Assembly (NCBI RefSeq): GCF_009914755.1 | Contig: NC_060939.1 | Source: the human T2T-CHM13v2.0 reference genome, Homo sapiens | Reading direction: 5' to 3' (one strand) | DNA: 64,000 bases | Shown: positions 44,190-59,289 of the stretch, one piece after another | How the letters are laid out: each line of letters begins with the position of its first letter | Position numbering within the stretch: position 1 is the stretch's first letter | The notes under the pieces: generated by a model | Databases searched by the model: none | What the model was told of the DNA's origin: nothing | Seen by the model: only the letters and a program-made list of their open reading frames with translations | Position numbers and translations under genes: made by a program

Positions 44190-44946
44190 GATGGGAAGAT
44201 AGTTTGGCAGTTTCTTACAAAACCAAACAATCTTACCAACCCATCCAGCCATCACACTCTTTAGTATTTATCCAAATGAGTCGAAAACATATGTTCACAC
44301 AAAAATCTGCATATGAATGTTTATAGCAGCTTTAATCATAATTGCCAAAACCTGGGAGTAACCAAGATGTCCTCAAACAGGTGAATGAATAAACAAACTG
44401 TGGTACATTTATTTACCGCAGTTTAGAATATTATTTAGCAATACAAAGAAATGAGCTATTACCTACAAAAAACATGGAGGAAAATTAAATACGTATTTGG
44501 TTTCTTTTACTTAGTAATCTGAAAAGGCTGGATATTGTATGATTCCAACTATCTGACATTCTGGAAAAGCAAAAACTGTGACTGTGAAGATTAGTGGTTG
44601 CCATGGGTTTCCAGGGGTGGTATGTGGAACAGGTGGAGCACAGAGGGTTTCTAGGGCAGTGAAACTACTTTATATGATACTATAATGGTGGATATAAGTC
44701 ATTATACATTTGTCCAAATCCATAGATTGCAGAATGCCAAGAGTGAACCCAAATGTAAACCATGAACTTTGCATGATAATGATGTGTCAATGTAGGTTAA
44801 TCAGTGGTAACTAAAGTACCGCTCTGGTGTGGATATTAATAGTGAGGGAGGCTATGCCTACGTGGGTGCAAGGGGTATACAGAAACTCTCTGTACTTTCC
44901 ACTCAAGTTTGCTGTGAACCTAAAACTGCTCTTAAAAATAAAGTTA
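44190..44946 (+). mobile_element. L1MC-type 3' end
   Basis: GTTTGGCAGTTTCTTACAAAA...TTTGCTGTGAACCTAAAACTGCTCTTAAAAATAAAGT. Confidence 0.85.
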
Positions 44947-45227
44947 GGCCGGGCGCGGTGGCTCACGCCTATAATCCCAGCACTTTGGGAGGCCGAGGTG
45001 GGTGGATCACTTGAGGTCAGGAGTTTGAGACCAGCTTGGCCAATATGGTGAAACCTCATCTCTACCAAAAATTTAAAAATTAGCCGGGTGTCATGATGCA
45101 CGCCTGTAATCCCAGCTACTCAGGAGGCTGAGGCAGGAGAATTGCTTGAACCCAGGAAGCGGAGGTTGAGCCGAGATCGCACCATTGCACTCCAGCCTGG
45201 GCGATAGAGCGAGACTCCGTCTCAAAA

Positions 45228-45282
<55 letters not shown>

Positions 45283-45283
45283 A
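44947..45283 (+). mobile_element. AluS with (TAAA)14 tail
   Basis: Full Alu; pure TAAA array at 45228-45283. Confidence 0.92.
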
Positions 45284-45309
45284 GTTTAATAATCTAAAAT
45301 AAAAATTAA

Positions 45310-45652
<343 letters not shown>

Positions 45653-45899
45653 TGAAAAAGTATTTGATGATAAGGTTATTCAAGACATGTGATGTACTAT
45701 TAACTGGAAAAAGCAGAATATAAAAATATAAACTACAGTATGATTCTAATTTTGTTTTTAAAAAGTATATGGTAGCAAAATATTATCTAACAATTGGTGA
45801 ATCTGGATGAAAAGGTACATAGGAGTTCATTATATTATTCTTGCTACTTGTGTGTAGGTTTGAAACTTTTTCAAAATAAAAAGTAAAAGAATTGAAAAA

Positions 45900-46234
<335 letters not shown>

Positions 46235-46689
46235 TTAGACAAGGCATAGAAAACACTACACTATTAATACTGGTTATCTCTGAGCGATGAGATTATGCAC
46301 AATTTCGGAGGTTTGTGTGATTTCTTATATTCGCCAACATTTCTACAATAAACATGTTTGTAATCAGGAACATAGAGTTAATGTCATTTAAAAGCAATAA
46401 CAAATGCAAGGGTCTAAGAAACCTAAGAACATTAATTTGAAAAATAACAAACCTCTTCAACTAAGCTATCAATGCCACCTGCTTTGTTGTTTTAACTTAC
46501 CCATCACATTCATGTTCATGGCCTTTGTAACCTCTTCCATTCCTCCCAGCTTCCCCCAGGTTCCCGCGACCTCTTTTTCTTTTGCCTGGCAACCTGTCTC
46601 CCTATGCAGAGATGTTGAACACCGCCTAATTCCTTTGCTTGCATAACAAAGTTCCTCAGAATTTTCAACCACAAGTTCTTCCATTCCTC

Positions 46690-46817
46690 TTATCATTTTC
46701 TGCTCTTTAGAAAAACAAAGTGAGAACAACAGTGCTCTTGGAAACTAAAAATATGGACAGAGAGGGGAAAAACACCGATAGAAATTTGGAAGATAAAGTT
46801 GAGAAATTACCTTATAA

Positions 46818-46854
<37 letters not shown>

Positions 46855-47240
46855 AGAAGAAGAAGGAAAGATAAAGAGGGAGGAGACAGGAGATAAAAGG
46901 TCCAACATGAGAAGAAGAAAATGTTTCCCAAATTTCGAAGGACATTTTCTATTTTGAAAGGGCCTACTCAGCAAGTACCCATCACAACGAATTTAAAAAG
47001 ACCTATTCCATGGACATCAGAACACCAGGGATAAAGAGAAGAGCCTAAAAGCTTCCAAAGAGACAGAAGACTTGAGAAAGTGTAAAGGACTGGGATATCA
47101 GAATAGCACTGGATTTAGTGATAACACTGGGAACTAGAAACAATTAATGATGCCTACAAAATTAGAAGAACAAATTTCCAACCTAGAATGCTATACTCAA
47201 CCAAGCTATCAAGTGGGCAGGTGATATAAAGACATTCTCA
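46690..47240 (+). mobile_element. HAL1/old L1 ORF1 remnant
   Basis: GGGATAAAGAGAAGAGCCTAAAAGCTTCC...TTCCAACCTAGAATGCTATA. Confidence 0.6.
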
Positions 47241-47503
47241 GTCATTGTACCTCCCTTGACACTACAGTAGCCACCACTGATGTCCACCCCTGCAGCCACC
47301 CTCATTCTTCCTTGCTAACAAATTCAAATTTTATTCTGATATTAAGTGACCATCTGTTTTGAAGGTGGGGCACCAGTCCCAAGAGGGTGAATTTATTAGC
47401 AGACGCCAGTTATGGCAATTCCAATCCCTTTGATACGACCTGAGATGTGAAGTTGGCTAGGAGGTTTTGAGAAAATAATCTCCTGGCTTTTAAAAAGAGG
47501 CTC

Positions 47504-48128
<625 letters not shown>

Positions 48129-48896
48129 TCACCAGAGAAAATGGTTCATTTTTAAACTTCCAGCTATTGTGGTCTGCATATGACACCAGAGACATGGCAG
48201 CTACCTTGCAGCTATCCCATGAAGACAAACCCTCACCTTAAAGAATTGAAAGTTGGCTCAAAGAAGGAGTTGAAAGTTGGAAAGAACCTAAGTCCTTGGA
48301 AATATTACCAAGCCTACCCTGTAGCCAGCCCTAACACCAGACTTATGAGTCAAAACGAAGTTCACTTTCTTGATGCCCAAGTCCTGAGTCCTCAGCACCT
48401 ACAGGAGAAAGACTGGTTTCCCACTGTGCAAAGACCTGCTGCAGCCCTTAGGGTACTGCTCCCTGGAAACCCCAATTCTCATACCATGCTCACACAGGAT
48501 TTTGAGGTGAGCGGGGCATCCTACCCACCAAGCAGAATGTCTTTATGCACTCGGGCCAAGCTGGAGTCTGCAGATTAGAACCTGGGTCTCTGAAGAATAG
48601 GGTAGCTAAACCCTTCCAGGACTTCACATGGAACCCATCCATCAGTTAAGTTGTTGGAGGCAGAGGTGGGAAACCAACTTAGCTTTTAATTTTAATTATT
48701 CTTTAAGTCTTCATCACTTATCTCAGTCTAAGCAGAGTTTCTAGGCTGATCCAGATTTATGCTCCACAGAGGACTGCGTATCTGCATTGAAATCAGAAAA
48801 CACTCTAAAAGGCAACGTGATATTTGTTTATTTGTACTATTAAAAACCACAGGAGAAAATACCTTATCTGGAAAAATAGTTTGAACTTTTACTCAC

Positions 48897-48994
48897 CTCC
48901 TCAAATCTAAATTGATATCTAACACCCATTTTCCTTGCAAAACAATAGCCGGCAGTAGAAACAGAACGTTTATACTAAGAAATGTTACAGAAAC
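48897..48994 (-). other. Candidate 98-nt internal exon (probably 5'UTR or non-coding)
   Basis: Acceptor TATTTATTTCTTCTCAG|G and donor GAG|GTGAGT in non-repetitive sequence; no transcript data. Confidence 0.5.
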
Positions 48995-50152
48995 CTGAGA
49001 AGAAATAAATACAGTACTTATTTTCTATGTACACTCACTTTCTCCTTTAACATCAAAGTGTGTTTATATTTTTAAACACTAAAGTGGAAAGAGTGATTTT
49101 ATTAGGTTCACTCCACCCAAGTTCATTGCTACAATACCTGACTCTCTGCCAAGGTGCTTAGCCTATCGCTAGGAAGTCCTAAACACAGGCCTGTTTTTAA
49201 ACACTTTCACCACTCCCTTAGCCTTTCCACTTTGAAAATATTGTCTGGTATCATGTTTACTTCTACATTTTAAACACTGTTTATATGTAGAAGTGTATTT
49301 TAATTATTGTCAGCGATTAATACTATTCTTACTATCTGAATGTAGATTATTCTATATTTCATTAAAGTTGAAAGTAATTATATTTGTGGTTTAGCTCTAA
49401 CAACTGCACTAATAATACTAGTGATAAAAATGCACTCATAAATCAGTTTGTATAATTATTGATATGCATAATGACTAACAAAATTGCTTCCCCAATAACT
49501 CTAATGATATGAGAGTAATCACCTCCTCTCCTAAAAATAACACGCTACAAGCACAGAGAAGTCCCAACTTATACACGGATTCTGCATTGTCAATTATATG
49601 TGATGGGGTAAACTAAAAGAGAGTGACAGATTATCTGAGGTGGAATTAAATGATCAATGAGCCCTGAAAGACAGGGAGAGGAGAACATACACCTGCATGG
49701 TAAGAGTACATCAACGGGTGCCCCTCTAACACTCACTAGCTGATACTTTTAGCTCCAGATAACTCTGTTGCTTTCAGACCACTGGAGGCAGTAAGCTGTA
49801 CTATGATGATCTTAGGGAGAGCAGATGCAAATAAATAATATGCTAAAGATTCAGTCACCTTATTCCTCTACAATACATTTACCTGCATTGGTATCTCTCA
49901 TGAAACCTACTCAAATGCAGTCATGTCAGCAGTTGCCCACTGCAGCTGAGGTGGTCCCAATGCTTCAGGCTCAGAGCTGGCATACAGCACACCAGATCTG
50001 CTCAGTCTCAGAACTTAACTCCAAAACCCAGAGGCTGACAGAGCTGAGTTGCTGTTTCTAGAATGACTATCTCAAGAACCGGGCAAGGCATAATGGAACC
50101 CATTAGTAAATTCAGCAGAAGAAGGAAGAGGCAGGAAAATAAGAAGGGGGAA

Positions 50153-50527
50153 TGTACTAGTCTGTCTTCATGTTTCTATAAAAAACTACCTGAGACTGGG
50201 TAATTTATAAAGAAAACAGGTTTAATTGGCTCATGGTTCCATGGGCTGTACAGGAAGCATGGCTGAGGAGGTCTCAGGAAATTTACAATCATGGTGGAAG
50301 GCAAAGGGGAAGCATGCACATCTTCACATGGCCAGCAGGAGAGAGCAAAGGGGGAGGTGCTACACACTTTTAAACAACCAGATCTTGTGAGAACTCACTG
50401 TCACGAGAACAGCAAGGGGGAAATCCACCCCTATGATCCAATTACCTCCCACCAGGTCCCTCCTCCAACACTGTGGATTATAATTTGACTTGAGATTTGG
50501 ATGGGGAAACAGAGCCAAACCATATCA
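50153..50527 (-). mobile_element. THE1D/MSTA-type solo LTR
   Basis: TGTACTAGTC...AGCCAAACCATATCA; flanks GGGAA/CGGAA form a 4/5 TSD. Confidence 0.9.
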
Positions 50528-50730
50528 CGGAAGTTCAGTCTCATAATGAAAGCAAATCTCATAATTATTTTTGTTAAGCATGCATTCCTCTGTTGACTCA
50601 ACTAAGACTCAGGCTCTGGGAACTTAAAATGCACCAGGCTTTATCTATGTTAGGAGTTATGGGGATATAGAAAAATAAGGCATGATTTGGATTCTTGGGG
50701 AGTTCGCAATCCAATGAGGAGAAAGATGAG

Positions 50731-51087
50731 TGTCTTAGTCACCTGGGCTGCTATAACAAGATACCACAGACTGGGTGGCTTTAACAAATATTTATTTCTC
50801 ACAGCTCTGGAGGCTGGGAAGTCCAACATTACAGCTCTGGCAGATCTAATGCCTGGAGAGGCCCGCTTCCTGCTTTGTAGATGGCTTTTTGCTGTGCCTC
50901 ACATGGTGGAGAGAGAAAAGAAAGGCACTGGTCCCCTTCTTCATATGAGGGCACTAAGCCCATTCATGAAGGCTCTACTCTCACGGCCTAATCACCTCCC
51001 AAAGGTCCTACCGCCTAATACCATGGCACCGGGGAGTTAGGATTTCAACATATGAATTTTTAACACAAATAGGCAGTCCATAACCAC
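50731..51087 (-). mobile_element. MLT1A/MSTD-type solo LTR
   Basis: TGTCTTAGTC...GCTGCTATAACAAGATACCACAGACTGGG...GATTTCAACATATGAATTTT. Confidence 0.85.
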
Positions 51088-51193
51088 AAGAAAACAACTA
51101 TTTAGTTTTGAATCAAATATTAGGTAGAACCACACAAAATTATGTTAATTGTAGTGAAAAACAGAAATATTTGTAGTCAAAGAGGTAGCTTGG

Positions 51194-51461
51194 GGCCGGG
51201 CGTGGTGGCTCACGCCTGTAATCCCAGCACTTTGGAAAGCCAAGACAGGCGGATCACAAGGTCAGGAGTTTGAGACCAGCCTGGCCAACATAGTGAAACC
51301 ATGTCTCTACTAAAATACAAAAAGTAGCCGATGTGGTAGTGCATGCCTGTAATCCTAGCTACTCAGGAGGCTGAGGCAGAAGTTACGGGAGGAAGAGGTT
51401 ACAGTGAGCTGAGATCATGCCACTGCACTCCAGCCTGGGAGACAGAGCAAGACTCTGTCTC

Positions 51462-51488
<27 letters not shown>
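51194..51488 (+). mobile_element. AluS with a small internal deletion
   Basis: Alu with poly-A; right arm lacks the GAATCGCTTGAACC segment. Confidence 0.9.
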
Positions 51489-51492
<4 letters not shown>

Positions 51493-52155
51493 GAGCTTGG
51501 AAAAAATATTCTGGGAGGTGATGGAACTGTTCTGAATTTTGATTGTGGTGGTTACATAACTTATTGCACTTATCAAAACTCTCAGAAACTGTACACCAAA
51601 TAGAGTGAATGCTACCGTATGTAAATTTAAAAATAAGTTTTAAAAGCAGCTGAATATCAGTAATTTCATACGGTTTAACTTAGTAGATGCGCCAGCTCAG
51701 GCAGACAGTTCTGCAGGATTGCAGGAAGCAGAGACGAGCAGAGATTAATAGAGGAGTGATAGTCTCATGAACAACAACCATTTCATCAGAGCCTTGAAAA
51801 AATAAAGCCCTCAACAGTGAAGAAAAGAAGGGCAAGAAGGTAAATATCCTAGAGACAAGGACAGCACAAGCAGTCAAAAAGTTCTACAAACTCACAGCAG
51901 GTGTGGAGAATAGCAAATAGAGCAGTAGATAGTTCATGAAAGCAGGGGGATCACAAAAAAAAAAGGGGGTAGAATACGGAGGACTTAAAAGACCAGATTA
52001 AATACACTAGAATTTATTCTACAGTCAATGGCAAGTTAGTAAAGTGTTTAGACAAAGGACTGACATGACTAAATCTATTTTGGAAAGATAACCTTGATAA
52101 AAATATGGAGGATTTGTTGGTTGTGGGAGGTATCAGAGGCAGGAGAATGACCTAC

Positions 52156-52313
52156 AAGGGTTTCTTAATTGGGGTCTGTGAATTTCTTAAAATGGTTGCA
52201 ATATTGTGTATGTGCACACACATTTGTACATACACACATCTTTTTCTAGAAGGGGGTCTATGGTTTTCATTAGCTACTGAAGGAGTTCATAACCTCCAAA
52301 GGGTTAAGAACTT
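52156..52313. mobile_element. Charlie4z-like hAT MITE
   Basis: GTTTCTTAATTGGGGTC...GGGTTAAGAAC degenerate TIRs, about 160 bp. Confidence 0.6.
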
Positions 52314-53616
52314 TAAGAACTGTATTGTTCAAGTGCATCAAGATGCAGCAGGAGTTAAGTTTGCAGTGAGCAGAATAAATTCAGAGACACTTATGAAGAT
52401 CGCATTTCTGGACTTAAAAATAACTAGTGAGTGAGAGTGAGAGAGGGAGGATCTAAAGATGACAACAAAGTTTCTAGCTTGCTGACCTGGGAAGTGTTGA
52501 GGGAGAGGAAGGGAGAGGGAGGAAAAGGGGTATCATTACACTAAGAACAAAAAAATGATTTCACTTCAAAGAACTGAATATTTAACCTCTGCACTTGTGT
52601 CACTCTTAGCTGGAGATTTTCTTCTATTTTTATGGGCCAAAGTATTTCTGGCTAAAGAGAGAGATAAGATGTACTACAGAGGACCGTACTTGCATATGAA
52701 AATAAAAAGCAGATGAGAAAACAATCTTCAAAGCCTTTCTCAGAGTGAGTTCGCTCTCCGGAGGCTTGCTTTCCACATTCTCATGGCATTAGGAAACCTC
52801 AGGGGGATGGTATCTGCCTCTGTCACACAAGGGAATGAATGTAACATATAGTATTGGAATAAGCTGAAGATAGCCATCCAAACAGTATTAATATGTTTTA
52901 AACGTACAAAACATTTCATATGACTTGAGGATTTTTGTAAGTTAGAAATTCGACTCACTAGCATGGATTACACCTTAAATAAATATAGTTTCTTCCCTGG
53001 TGTTTTCATACATCATGGAGCAAATTTATATTTATTTGGTAAACATTTGCTTATTAAATAAACGTTTGCCTGAAGTTGAAAGGGGATGCTATATAGAGCT
53101 CCCCTAATTGCTCTGTTAGCTCATTTGACCTCCAGAGGCCCTGGGATCCAAAGAGCTGCACCCCCACCTCAGGAAGCCTGGAGAAAGCCAGGCAGCAGCA
53201 GGACAGTGAGATTTTGTTCAACAAATCTGTATTCATAGCCAGATACTATAATGGGGGTTGGAAAATACAAAGATGTGAGGGGCTCTCAGCTTGTCTGTAA
53301 TGAAGTGATCAGGGCAGGGCAAGAGTGTCAGATTCAGTCATGTAGGAGCAGCCCTGTGCAGAAAGAACCCCACGGCCAGGGAGGGAGGCTCCAGGGAACA
53401 TATGGCTGTCACCATATGGGAGTCGAGAGGGCTGAGAAGACAGACCTCCGGGGAGAGTATCTGAGGCTTCCTAAATGCTCATACCTCAATTTATAGCAGA
53501 GTGCTGTCACCTGAATTCCACTCACACTGCTCTGCTGGGTCTCCTCACTAAAGCAAGCACACCCACTGAGAACTACGGCACGCTTGGGCCATCTGGCCCC
53601 TCTCCCACACCCTGCA

Positions 53617-53677
53617 ACACACACACATACACACACACACACGCACGCACACACATGCATGCACACACAGGCACACA
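53617..53677. repeat. Imperfect (CA)n
   Basis: Seen directly. Confidence 0.9.
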
Positions 53678-54770
53678 CTCACCAACTGAGGTCTGTGAAC
53701 AATACAACCTCAGTCAGTTGCACTGTTTCATTTGTACATATTACCGTAACCAACAAATGACTGCAAAAAAACTGTTGTTCAATGAATACTCTGGAAATGC
53801 ATGATGGAGGTAGACTGCTAAAAAAAATGCTGCCAAATCAGGTGTGAAAGACATTATCTGTAAAAAGGAGGAAGGAAAATTGTTAAAAAGAAATCTACCA
53901 GATTTCCAGGTGTCCTTAAGTCCTTCCAACTGTAATACGGCTGTGGTTAACAGAAAAACAAAGATGTGGAATAAGGCAGATCCATATTAAAAGAAATAGC
54001 CTGGGACTTCTGTCAAATAACTGGTGAGTAAATGTGCATTTCTGTGTATGTAATTAAAATAAAATGTTTAAGGAATATATGGATCATTTTTTTTGAGATT
54101 CTGTTTACTGGCCAACTACTATAAGAATTAACCAAAAACCTAATGATTCCCCAATTCCTCTTCTACATAAATTTAACAACCTCCCACTGTCAGCCAACAT
54201 CACTCCCATTACCAGTTAAACTCCCTTCCAACTGGAAAATCATTGCTCTGTTACTGGTCTTTATCAAAGATGATTTCCAAACCATACAATCTCATTTACT
54301 GTGATGTAGATTTAGCTTTACTTGTTAAAAAGGATTTTATACTAAGATTTAAACCTTAACCATTGCCAAATCTTCCTTCAGTTTGCCCAGTAAGATTTCA
54401 TACAACCTAGAAAAGAATTTAGAGCCTGAATAAATATATGAAGTGCTCTAGCAAAGCACTTTCTTAGTGTTTGTCATCAATTATATTCCAGTTGCAAAAT
54501 TTTAGATATTGAAGATCATTTCAAAAAACTTTTAAAATTAAAATTTGAATGCAAAGTATGTAGCTACTTTCTTTGTTTTGGTATATGGCAATGTAAGATA
54601 CTAGAGAGTAAAACATTCAAGTTGTAACTACTGAAATTAAATTTGATAAGAAACTTGTCCTTTTATTGAATAATTACTTTATTCATGTTTTTTGAAAAAT
54701 GTATTCAGTTGGAGGAGCTGTCCTCTTTTTAAAACTGATGCTTTAAAATCCACGTTATAAAAACATTACT

Positions 54771-55023
54771 AGGCCAAGGCGGGCGGATCACCTGAGGTCA
54801 GGATTTTCAGACCAGCCTGGCCAACATGGTGAAACCCCGCCTCTACAAAAAATACAAAAATTAGCCGGGCGTGGTGGCAGGCACCTGTAATCCCAGTTAC
54901 TCGGGAGGCTGAGGCAGCAAAATCACCTGAACTCGGGAGGTGGAGGTTGCAGTGAGATTGCGCCACTGTACTCCAGCCTGTGCGACAAGAGCAAGACTCT
55001 GTCTCAAAAAAAAAAAAAAAAAA
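54771..55023 (+). mobile_element. AluS, 5'-truncated
   Basis: Begins at AGGCCAAGGCGGGCGG; poly-A tail. Confidence 0.9.
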
Positions 55024-56584
55024 AGATCATAGCTCTTTCTTCAGTGTCTTAAAATATCAATATATTAGTATATAATATATCTCTAGCATTTTTGTAAGGT
55101 CTCAGAAGCCCTATGAAATGGTCTGGGTTGGCACTTGATCTTTACACACAGGATTCAACATAACAGAGCAACTTGAGAAGACAGAACTGGATTTCCTGAA
55201 TGGGTAATGAGCTCCTTTACATTTAATTCACTGGAGGCTAACATCATCCTTAATTAAAAAAGAAAAAAAAAGGTACTATTAAAATTACATTTACTTCCTA
55301 CAATAGAAAGCCAAAATGGAAACTACCAGAGCTTCATGAATTTTAAAGCCCTACGCAAACGTTGTTGCACAAACACAATTTCCTCTAGTCCTAGAAGTTT
55401 TGCTCAAGTTGTATTAGCTCCATACAACCTGACCTACTTGTTCTAAAATATTTGGTTGCAATTCAAAGATGGGATTCTTTCTTATGGATCCCACATTTAT
55501 AGAGCAAATGTACCTAAATGTTAATATATGTTCATCATAAATTAGATTAAAAACTAACTCAAGTTAATTTTAGTATGTCATTATACAGTATTAACTAAAC
55601 AATTAGGATAAACCACTACAAAACAGTGAGCTGTGACATCATAGAGCCATTTCCTTTCAAGCCCTACCCTTAATCCACTCTTCCACCTGCCAATACACAC
55701 ACATGCACGTGTGCACATACGCACACAGAACCCCCCCTCCACCACCACCTTTCATGGTGTATTTTTCAACCCCTTTAGAGAATTGACAAGGATAGAAGAC
55801 ATTTAAGATTAAGGTCCATAAAGTATTCATTATTGTTGTTTTCTGCTTTCTTTAAGAACTGTCTCGTCCTATCAGGACACACAGCTATGCTAGCTCAGCT
55901 GTAAACAAAAGGATACGACCTTGAAGGTGTCTATAGCTCACTGGTTTTAGATGCCGACTCCACATCTTCATCACAGCTCCTAGGTGGTGGCTGCACTGAT
56001 GTGTACAATAAGATAAACTGAATCGCTAGCTGAAATAAGCATTTTGAATTTTCATTTGTATGTGAGTGGATTCAAAAGATTAAAGTGCTATATCCATAAT
56101 TACATGCTCACTACTATTAAAAATACCTAAGCTAACTTCTAATTAAAAGGGTGGATAGTACATGTGTATTACCTCCTCTCCCTCCTGAACCCCTGCCAAA
56201 AACAATATATAAGGCCACAAAGAAGAAAAGATCCAAGTGAACAAGAGATGCAACACTTTTCAGAAGATGGAAAATGAATACAGAAGTAGTTATAGGATGA
56301 GAAATAGCAGAGGCTACAGAGGGGAAGACCACACAGAAACAAATTTGCTCTGCAACCCAGGCTCCAGGCTTAGGGGAGCAGGACCCAACCACAAAGGGAA
56401 TAGTAGGGTGGGTGTAGGGCTGAGAACAGGGGAGTGAATGAATGCCAGCATATGCAACACTTGGATCCCCAGATCCTGCACAGACACTTTCTCCCCTGAC
56501 CTGCAGAGACAGTTTCTCCCAGGAAAAGAGCTGGCTTGCTCAAGAGCTTCCAATTTGCTTCCTAGTGACTCACTGGGTTTTCTG

Positions 56585-57090
56585 GTGGTAAAATACACAT
56601 AACATAAAATTTACCATGTTAGCCATTTTAAAATAAACAGTTCAGCGACATTAAGTATACTCACATTGTTGTGCAACCGTCACCCCCATCCATCTCTGGG
56701 ACTTTTTCATCTTCCCAAACTGAAACTCTGTACTTATCAAACACTAACTCCTCACTCCCTCTTTCCCCCAAACCCCTGCCATTCTACTTTCTTCTCTATG
56801 ACTCTGTCTACTGTAGGTACCTCATGTAAGAAGAATCATCCAGTATTTGTCCTTTTATGACTGACTCACTTCACGCAGCATAATGTCCTCAAGGTCCATC
56901 CATGTTGTAGCATGTGTTAGAGTTTCCTTCCTTTTTAAAGCTGAATACCACTCTATAGTATGAATATACCACATTTTATTTATCCATTCATCCATCAGTG
57001 GGCACCTGGGTTGCTTCCACCTTTTGGCTATTGCGAATATCGCCGCTATGAAATTGGGTGTACAAATACATCTTTATATCCCTGCTTTCT
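56585..57090 (-). mobile_element. L1MB-type 3' end
   Basis: GTAAAATACACATAACATAAAATTTACCAT...CATCTTCCCAAACTGAAACTCTG. Confidence 0.88.
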
Positions 57091-57216
57091 AGTGATTCAC
57101 TCTTACATGTGAACAGATAACTAAGGATCAGAGGACTTTTTAGGAAAACTTCCCAACGTTAAAGACAGAAACCAAAATAAATAAGGAGGAAGGGCTCTTG
57201 AAAATTAAAATGGTAT

Positions 57217-57513
57217 AGGCCAGGAGCAGTGACTCACGCCTGTAATCCGAGTACTGTGGGGGACCAAGGCGGGTGGGTTGTTTGAGCTCAGGAGTCCCAG
57301 ACCAGCCTGGGCAATGTGGCGAAACCCCATCGTTACAAAAAATTACAAAAAAATTAGCCAGGTGTGGCGGCACATGCCTGTAGTTCCAGCTACTCGGGAG
57401 GCTGAGATGGGAGGATCACCTAAGCCTGGGGAGGTCGAGGCTGCAGTAAGCTGAGATTGTGCCACTGCACTCCTGCCTGGGTGACAGAGTGAGAACATAT
57501 CTCAAAAAAAAAA
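57217..57513 (+). mobile_element. AluJ inside an old L1/HAL1 ORF1 remnant (about 57100-57990)
   Basis: GAGGTCGAGGCTGCAG, J-type. Confidence 0.85.
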
Positions 57514-58139
57514 AGTATAAATAAAAAAGGTTAGATGGGTTGGAAAATAAAGTCATAGAACTTTCCCAGCAAATAGCGTAAAAAGAGAGATCAAACATAG
57601 TAGAGAAAAGATAATAATCAATGAAGATGGTCCAACAGCAAATTTATAGGATTTCTAGAGAGAAGAAAGGTGTTTATCAAATAAACTACGGGAGATATTT
57701 CCTCCCAAAACGATATTGGTATCCACATTCAAAGGGCCTTCCAAGAGGCTTGCAAAGATGAAAATAGACCATACAAGGCACATCGTGGTGAAATGTCACC
57801 ATGCCGGGAATAAAGACGCTAAAACCTTCCAGAGCAAAAAGCAGGTCATGCAAAGGTTTGGGACACAGAATAGTATCAAAGGTCTCAATAGCAACATTCA
57901 GATGCTAGAGTAGAACAATGTTTTTCAAATTCAGAGAACAATACCTTTTAAGCTAGAATTCTGTACCTAAGCAAATCATGAATCAAAAAAGAGGCAAACA
58001 AGGTCTCCATCAGAGGAGAGGAGCAGAAAAGTCCCAGGAACAGGGGCAGCAGGCCCAGAGGGCATTAGGTTGGTGGGCACAAGGGCACAGGAGATGAAAG
58101 CTTCTGGCCTCACACTATGGGTCTGTAGCTTTGTTTCTG

Positions 58140-58480
58140 ATTGATTCATGCAGTCATACAACAGTGTTTTTTGTCTATTATGTATCAGGCACTCTTCCCT
58201 TCTAAGTGCTGGGAACAGAGGTGAAAAAAACAAAAGTTCCTGTCCTGGTGCAGTTTTCATTCTAAGGCGGGAGAGGGACGATAAACAAATATACCTTGTT
58301 AGGTAATGTCCTATGAGGAAAATAAGCAGGGAAAAGGGATAGGGTGTAACCAGGTGGAGTGCTAGACTGGAAAGACCAGAGGTGACCTTGGAGACCTGAG
58401 TGCAGTGAGGGAGAGAGCCCTGGGCATTTTGGGGGTCTGGAGAGAGAGCTCTTAGGCAGAGGGACTTCAGGACCAGCTGC
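58140..58480 (-). mobile_element. L2 fragment
   Basis: TATTATGTATCAGGCACT...CTAAGTGCTGGGAACAGAG. Confidence 0.65.
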
Positions 58481-59289
58481 CCTCATCAGCCTGGCCTCCT
58501 GACAGGCATTCTCCAATGGACAAGATTTTCTCTTGCTCCCAGCCTGTTCATTTCTTCTGGACCCTCTGGGAAACAACTCTGCCTGGAGGCAGATGGCAGG
58601 GCTAAGCAGCCCCAATTACCACATGGCTGGGGCCCTATTGGGCCAGTCCTCTTTCCCCTTCCCAGTGGGGAGATGACACAAGACTCTGCAAGAGAGATGG
58701 GACCCCAGAAGACAGAAAGGATGCAAGTGGTTGAGTGCTAAGGTGGTAAGTCCAGGCCCTGAAGCCATCTAGGCAGACACAACATCTGACACTTACACTG
58801 CTCTTTCTGTGCATTTTCACAAGCAAGAGAGGCAGAACAGGTACCACCATCATGCACAGATGCCGAAACTGGGGCACTGCCAGGTAAGGAACCTGCCCAG
58901 GGTCACAGAGCCTGTTAGTTACAGTACGAACTCTCACTGGGGCCTGCTTCAGAGACCAGTGCTAGGTCAAAACCAAACGTAAACATGTTTTTCTTGTTAC
59001 TTTTCATGTTTTCCATACAGGTAAAAATAAAGCCCAAGTTGTAAGTGGTTCATGAGAACAGAAGATCTTTTTATTTAGCATTTCACAAAATATAAGGCTA
59101 CTCCTCTTGAGACTTCACCTTGAGCTGTAATTTTCTAGCTACCCATGGGTCAGAGACAGGCACTAGAACTTGGTTAGACTTACTCCACCTCAGATTAGGA
59201 GCAATTACCGTTTGGGAAAAGAAAAGCAAACTGAAGGATGGAACAGTCTACCTAGAAGATGTTTCAATGATCGGATAACTAGCATTATG

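Noticed and set aside
48897-48994. Assigning the host gene as APBB2, because the exon resembles my recollection of one of its 5'UTR exons
   Set aside because: Memory only and unverifiable here. The ATG-bearing exon (MSEVLP) I would expect further along the minus strand was not found in the window, so no symbol is given. BLAT would settle it.
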